From NCBI GenBank assembly GCA_017860005.1, contig JAFNAE010000001.1, positions 1,382 through 65,381 of the forward strand: a DNA stretch of 64,000 nucleotides. The letters are read 5' to 3'. The stretch is from Acidobacteriota bacterium (GTDB taxonomy: Bacteria; Acidobacteriota; Thermoanaerobaculia; Multivoradales; JAGPDF01). Position numbers and translations under genes: made by a program. The notes below the pieces were generated by a model that had not been told where the DNA came from, did no database searches, and worked only from the letters and a program-made list of their open reading frames with translations. Below are positions 61,841 to 64,000 of the stretch, in pieces (position 1 is the stretch's first letter; every line of letters starts with the position of its first letter).

Positions 61841-63468
61841 TGGGCGGCTCCTTCCTCTCGCTCCTGCTCGGCGACACCGTCACACGCCTGGTCTTCTTCC
61901 CGACGCTGGCCGCCGTCCCGCTCCTCTTCATGGGCAAGGCGAAGCCGATTGCGGTGAAGCTCTACGCGCTCGCCGTCTCGCTGGTCGAGATCGGGCTCAT
62001 GCTGGCCTGGACGGCCGCGCACTGGGATGCGGCCGGCCTGGTGGTCAAGGACCCCGTCCTGCCCTGGCTCGAGATGCCCTCGCTCTCGATCGTCTACGAG
62101 GTCGGCATCGACGGCATCTCGCTGCCGTTGGTCCTGCTCACCGGGCTGCTGCTGCCGGTCGTGGTGCTCGGCTCCTGGAAGGGGGTCGACCGGCACTGGA
62201 CCGGCTTCACGACCGCCCTGCTGCTGCTCACCACCGGCATCCTCGGCGCCCTCGTCGCCCTCGACCTCCTGGTCTTCTACGTCTTCTGGGAGGTCATGCT
62301 GATTCCGATGTACCTGATCATCGGCATCTGGGGCGGCGAGCGCCGGATCTACGCGGCGGTGAAGTTCTTCCTGTTCACCATGGCGGGAAGCCTGCTGATG
62401 CTGATCGGCATCCTCTGGCTCGGCTGGACCTACGGCCGTCTCACCGGACTCTGGAGCTTCCGCTATCAGGATCTCCTGCGCCTCGACCTGCCGGTCGAGC
62501 AACAGCTCTGGCTGTTCGGTGCCTTCGCCCTCGCCTTCGCGATCAAGGTGCCGATGTTCCCGTTCCACACCTGGCTGCCCGACGCCCACGTCGAGGCCCC
62601 CACCGGCGGCTCGGTCATCCTGGCCGGCATCCTGCTCAAGCTCGGGACCTACGGCTTCCTGCGCTTCGCGCTGCCCCTGTTCCCGCACGCTGCCGACCGT
62701 CTGGCGCCCTGGCTGCTCGGGCTCGCGGTGATCGGCATCGTCTACGGCGCCCTGGTCGCCTGGGTGCAGCCGGACATGAAGAAGCTGGTCGCCTACTCCT
62801 CCATCGCCCACCTGGGCTTCGTGATGCTCGGCATCCTGGCCTGCGACCTCATCGCCTGGCAGGGGGCGCTGATCCAGATGGTCAACCACGGCCTCTCGAC
62901 CGGCGCGCTCTTCCTGCTCGTGGGCATGCTCTACGACCGGCGCCACACCAAGAAGTTCGAGGATTTCGGCGGGATCGCCAAGGTCGTGCCGTGGTTCGCC
63001 TTCTTCCTCGTCTTCTCGACTCTCGCCTCGGTCGGCCTGCCCGCTCTCAACGGCTTCGTCGGCGAGTTCCTGATCCTGGTCGGGGCCTGGCGTGCGGGCC
63101 TCCACCTGCTCGTCGCCATCTCCACCTTCGGCGTCGTGCTGGCCGCGATCTACCTGCTCCACCTCCTGCAGAAGACGATCTGGGGTCCCCTCACCCGCGA
63201 GGAGAACCGGGGCCTGCGCGACCTCGACGTCCGCGAGGTCCTGGCGCTGCTGCCGCTGTGCGTCTTCATGCTGTGGATCGGTGTCGCGCCGAAGACCTTC
63301 CTGGAGCCGAGCCGGCCTGCTCTGGAGGCGGTCCTCGCCGACTACCGCGCGCGCCTCGCGCAGCCGGCGCCGGCGGCGCCCGGCCTCGGCGCCTCCCGCA
63401 ACCCGGCCGAGGCGGGGCGCAGCTTCCTCGTCGATCTCGACGCCCCGGATCGCGGAGTCCAGCCATGA
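61840..63468 (+). CDS. nuoM: NADH-quinone oxidoreductase subunit M
   Basis: GIDGIS, FWE, KVPMFPFHTWLPDAHVEAPT, FVGEF. Confidence 0.96.
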   Translation: MGGSFLSLLLGDTVTRLVFFPTLAAVPLLFMGKAKPIAVKLYALAVSLVEIGLMLAWTAAHWDAAGLVVKDPVLPWLEMPSLSIVYEVGIDGISLPLVLLTGLLLPVVVLGSWKGVDRHWTGFTTALLLLTTGILGALVALDLLVFYVFWEVMLIPMYLIIGIWGGERRIYAAVKFFLFTMAGSLLMLIGILWLGWTYGRLTGLWSFRYQDLLRLDLPVEQQLWLFGAFALAFAIKVPMFPFHTWLPDAHVEAPTGGSVILAGILLKLGTYGFLRFALPLFPHAADRLAPWLLGLAVIGIVYGALVAWVQPDMKKLVAYSSIAHLGFVMLGILACDLIAWQGALIQMVNHGLSTGALFLLVGMLYDRRHTKKFEDFGGIAKVVPWFAFFLVFSTLASVGLPALNGFVGEFLILVGAWRAGLHLLVAISTFGVVLAAIYLLHLLQKTIWGPLTREENRGLRDLDVREVLALLPLCVFMLWIGVAPKTFLEPSRPALEAVLADYRARLAQPAPAAPGLGASRNPAEAGRSFLVDLDAPDRGVQP

Positions 63469-64000
63469 ATCCGCTCTTCGCGGTCCCGACGGCCGATCTC
63501 GCGAGTCTCGCGCCCGAGCTGCTGCTGACCGCCGCGGCGACGGTCCTGCTGCTGCTCGAAGCGTTCGCTCCCGCCCTGCGCCGCGCGTTCGTTCCGGCCG
63601 GCCTGGCCGCGACGATCGGTGCCGCCTGGCTGCTCACCGGCTCGGACTCGGGTCCCGCGTTCCACGGCCTGGTGGAGAGCTCGCCGCTGACGCGCGCGTT
63701 CTCGCTCACCGTCCTGCTCGCCACCGCGCTCGGCCTGCTCGCCGCTCCGGGCTACCTGCGCCGGGCGCGGCTGCTCGCCGGCGAGTACCCGGCCCTGATC
63801 CTCTGGTGCGCTGCGGGTCTCCTGATCCTGATCCGGTCCACCGAGCTGCTGACCCTCTTCCTCGCGCTCGAGCTGTTCTCGGTCGCCCTCTATGCGCTCG
63901 CGGCCTTCCATCGGCGCTCGGCGCGGTCGGCGGAGGCAGGGCTCAAGTACTTCCTGATGGGCGCCTTCGTGAGCTCCTTCCTGCTCTACGGCGTGGCGCT
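63465..64000 (+). CDS. nuoN: NADH-quinone oxidoreductase subunit N (3' partial)
   Basis: APELLL, GEYPAL, FLALELFS, SAEAGLKYF. Confidence 0.9.
   Translation, partial: MNPLFAVPTADLASLAPELLLTAAATVLLLLEAFAPALRRAFVPAGLAATIGAAWLLTGSDSGPAFHGLVESSPLTRAFSLTVLLATALGLLAAPGYLRRARLLAGEYPALILWCAAGLLILIRSTELLTLFLALELFSVALYALAAFHRRSARSAEAGLKYFLMGAFVSSFLLYGVA

Overview
A very GC-rich bacterial chromosomal segment made mostly of core genes. The fused LptF/G, long LptC/A-like protein and ParB N-terminus suggest Acidobacteriota, possibly Thermoanaerobaculia-like (inference). Left to right: the end of a TolC-Yip1-MacA-like-ABC exporter operon; tRNA-Leu(CAA); a long + strand run (carD, TPR, priA, accA, recJ, lptC/A, lptB, rpoN, hpf, hprK, rapZ, EIIA, HPr, EI, cupin, lipoprotein, miaB); a 28-bp XerCD dif-like site at 22572-22599; directly beside it a convergent parA-parB-like operon whose ParB has an atypical DNA-recognition region, with a perfect 16-bp TGT...ACA palindrome and an AT-rich inverted repeat upstream; DUF151 nuclease, PTPS, lptFG, polX, metK, YjjX-like and TrmH genes with overlapping start codons, two sulfatase-like lipoproteins, etfAB, tol-pal, rpsT, lptE, leuS, transglutaminase, nusB, ribH, an SDR resembling sepiapterin reductase, tRNA-Pro(GGG), merR, der, tRNA-Leu(CAG); an aryl-polyene-like cassette without a ketosynthase; and a complex I operon (nuoA,E,F,G,H,J,K,L,M,N) lacking nuoB/C/D/I, preceded by a Rex/CRP-like operator. 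The best candidate for an undescribed system is the ParAB-like pair next to dif, possibly acting on the terminus. No CRISPR array, rRNA, transposase or integrase was seen. All calls are by-eye motif recognition; no searches were run.
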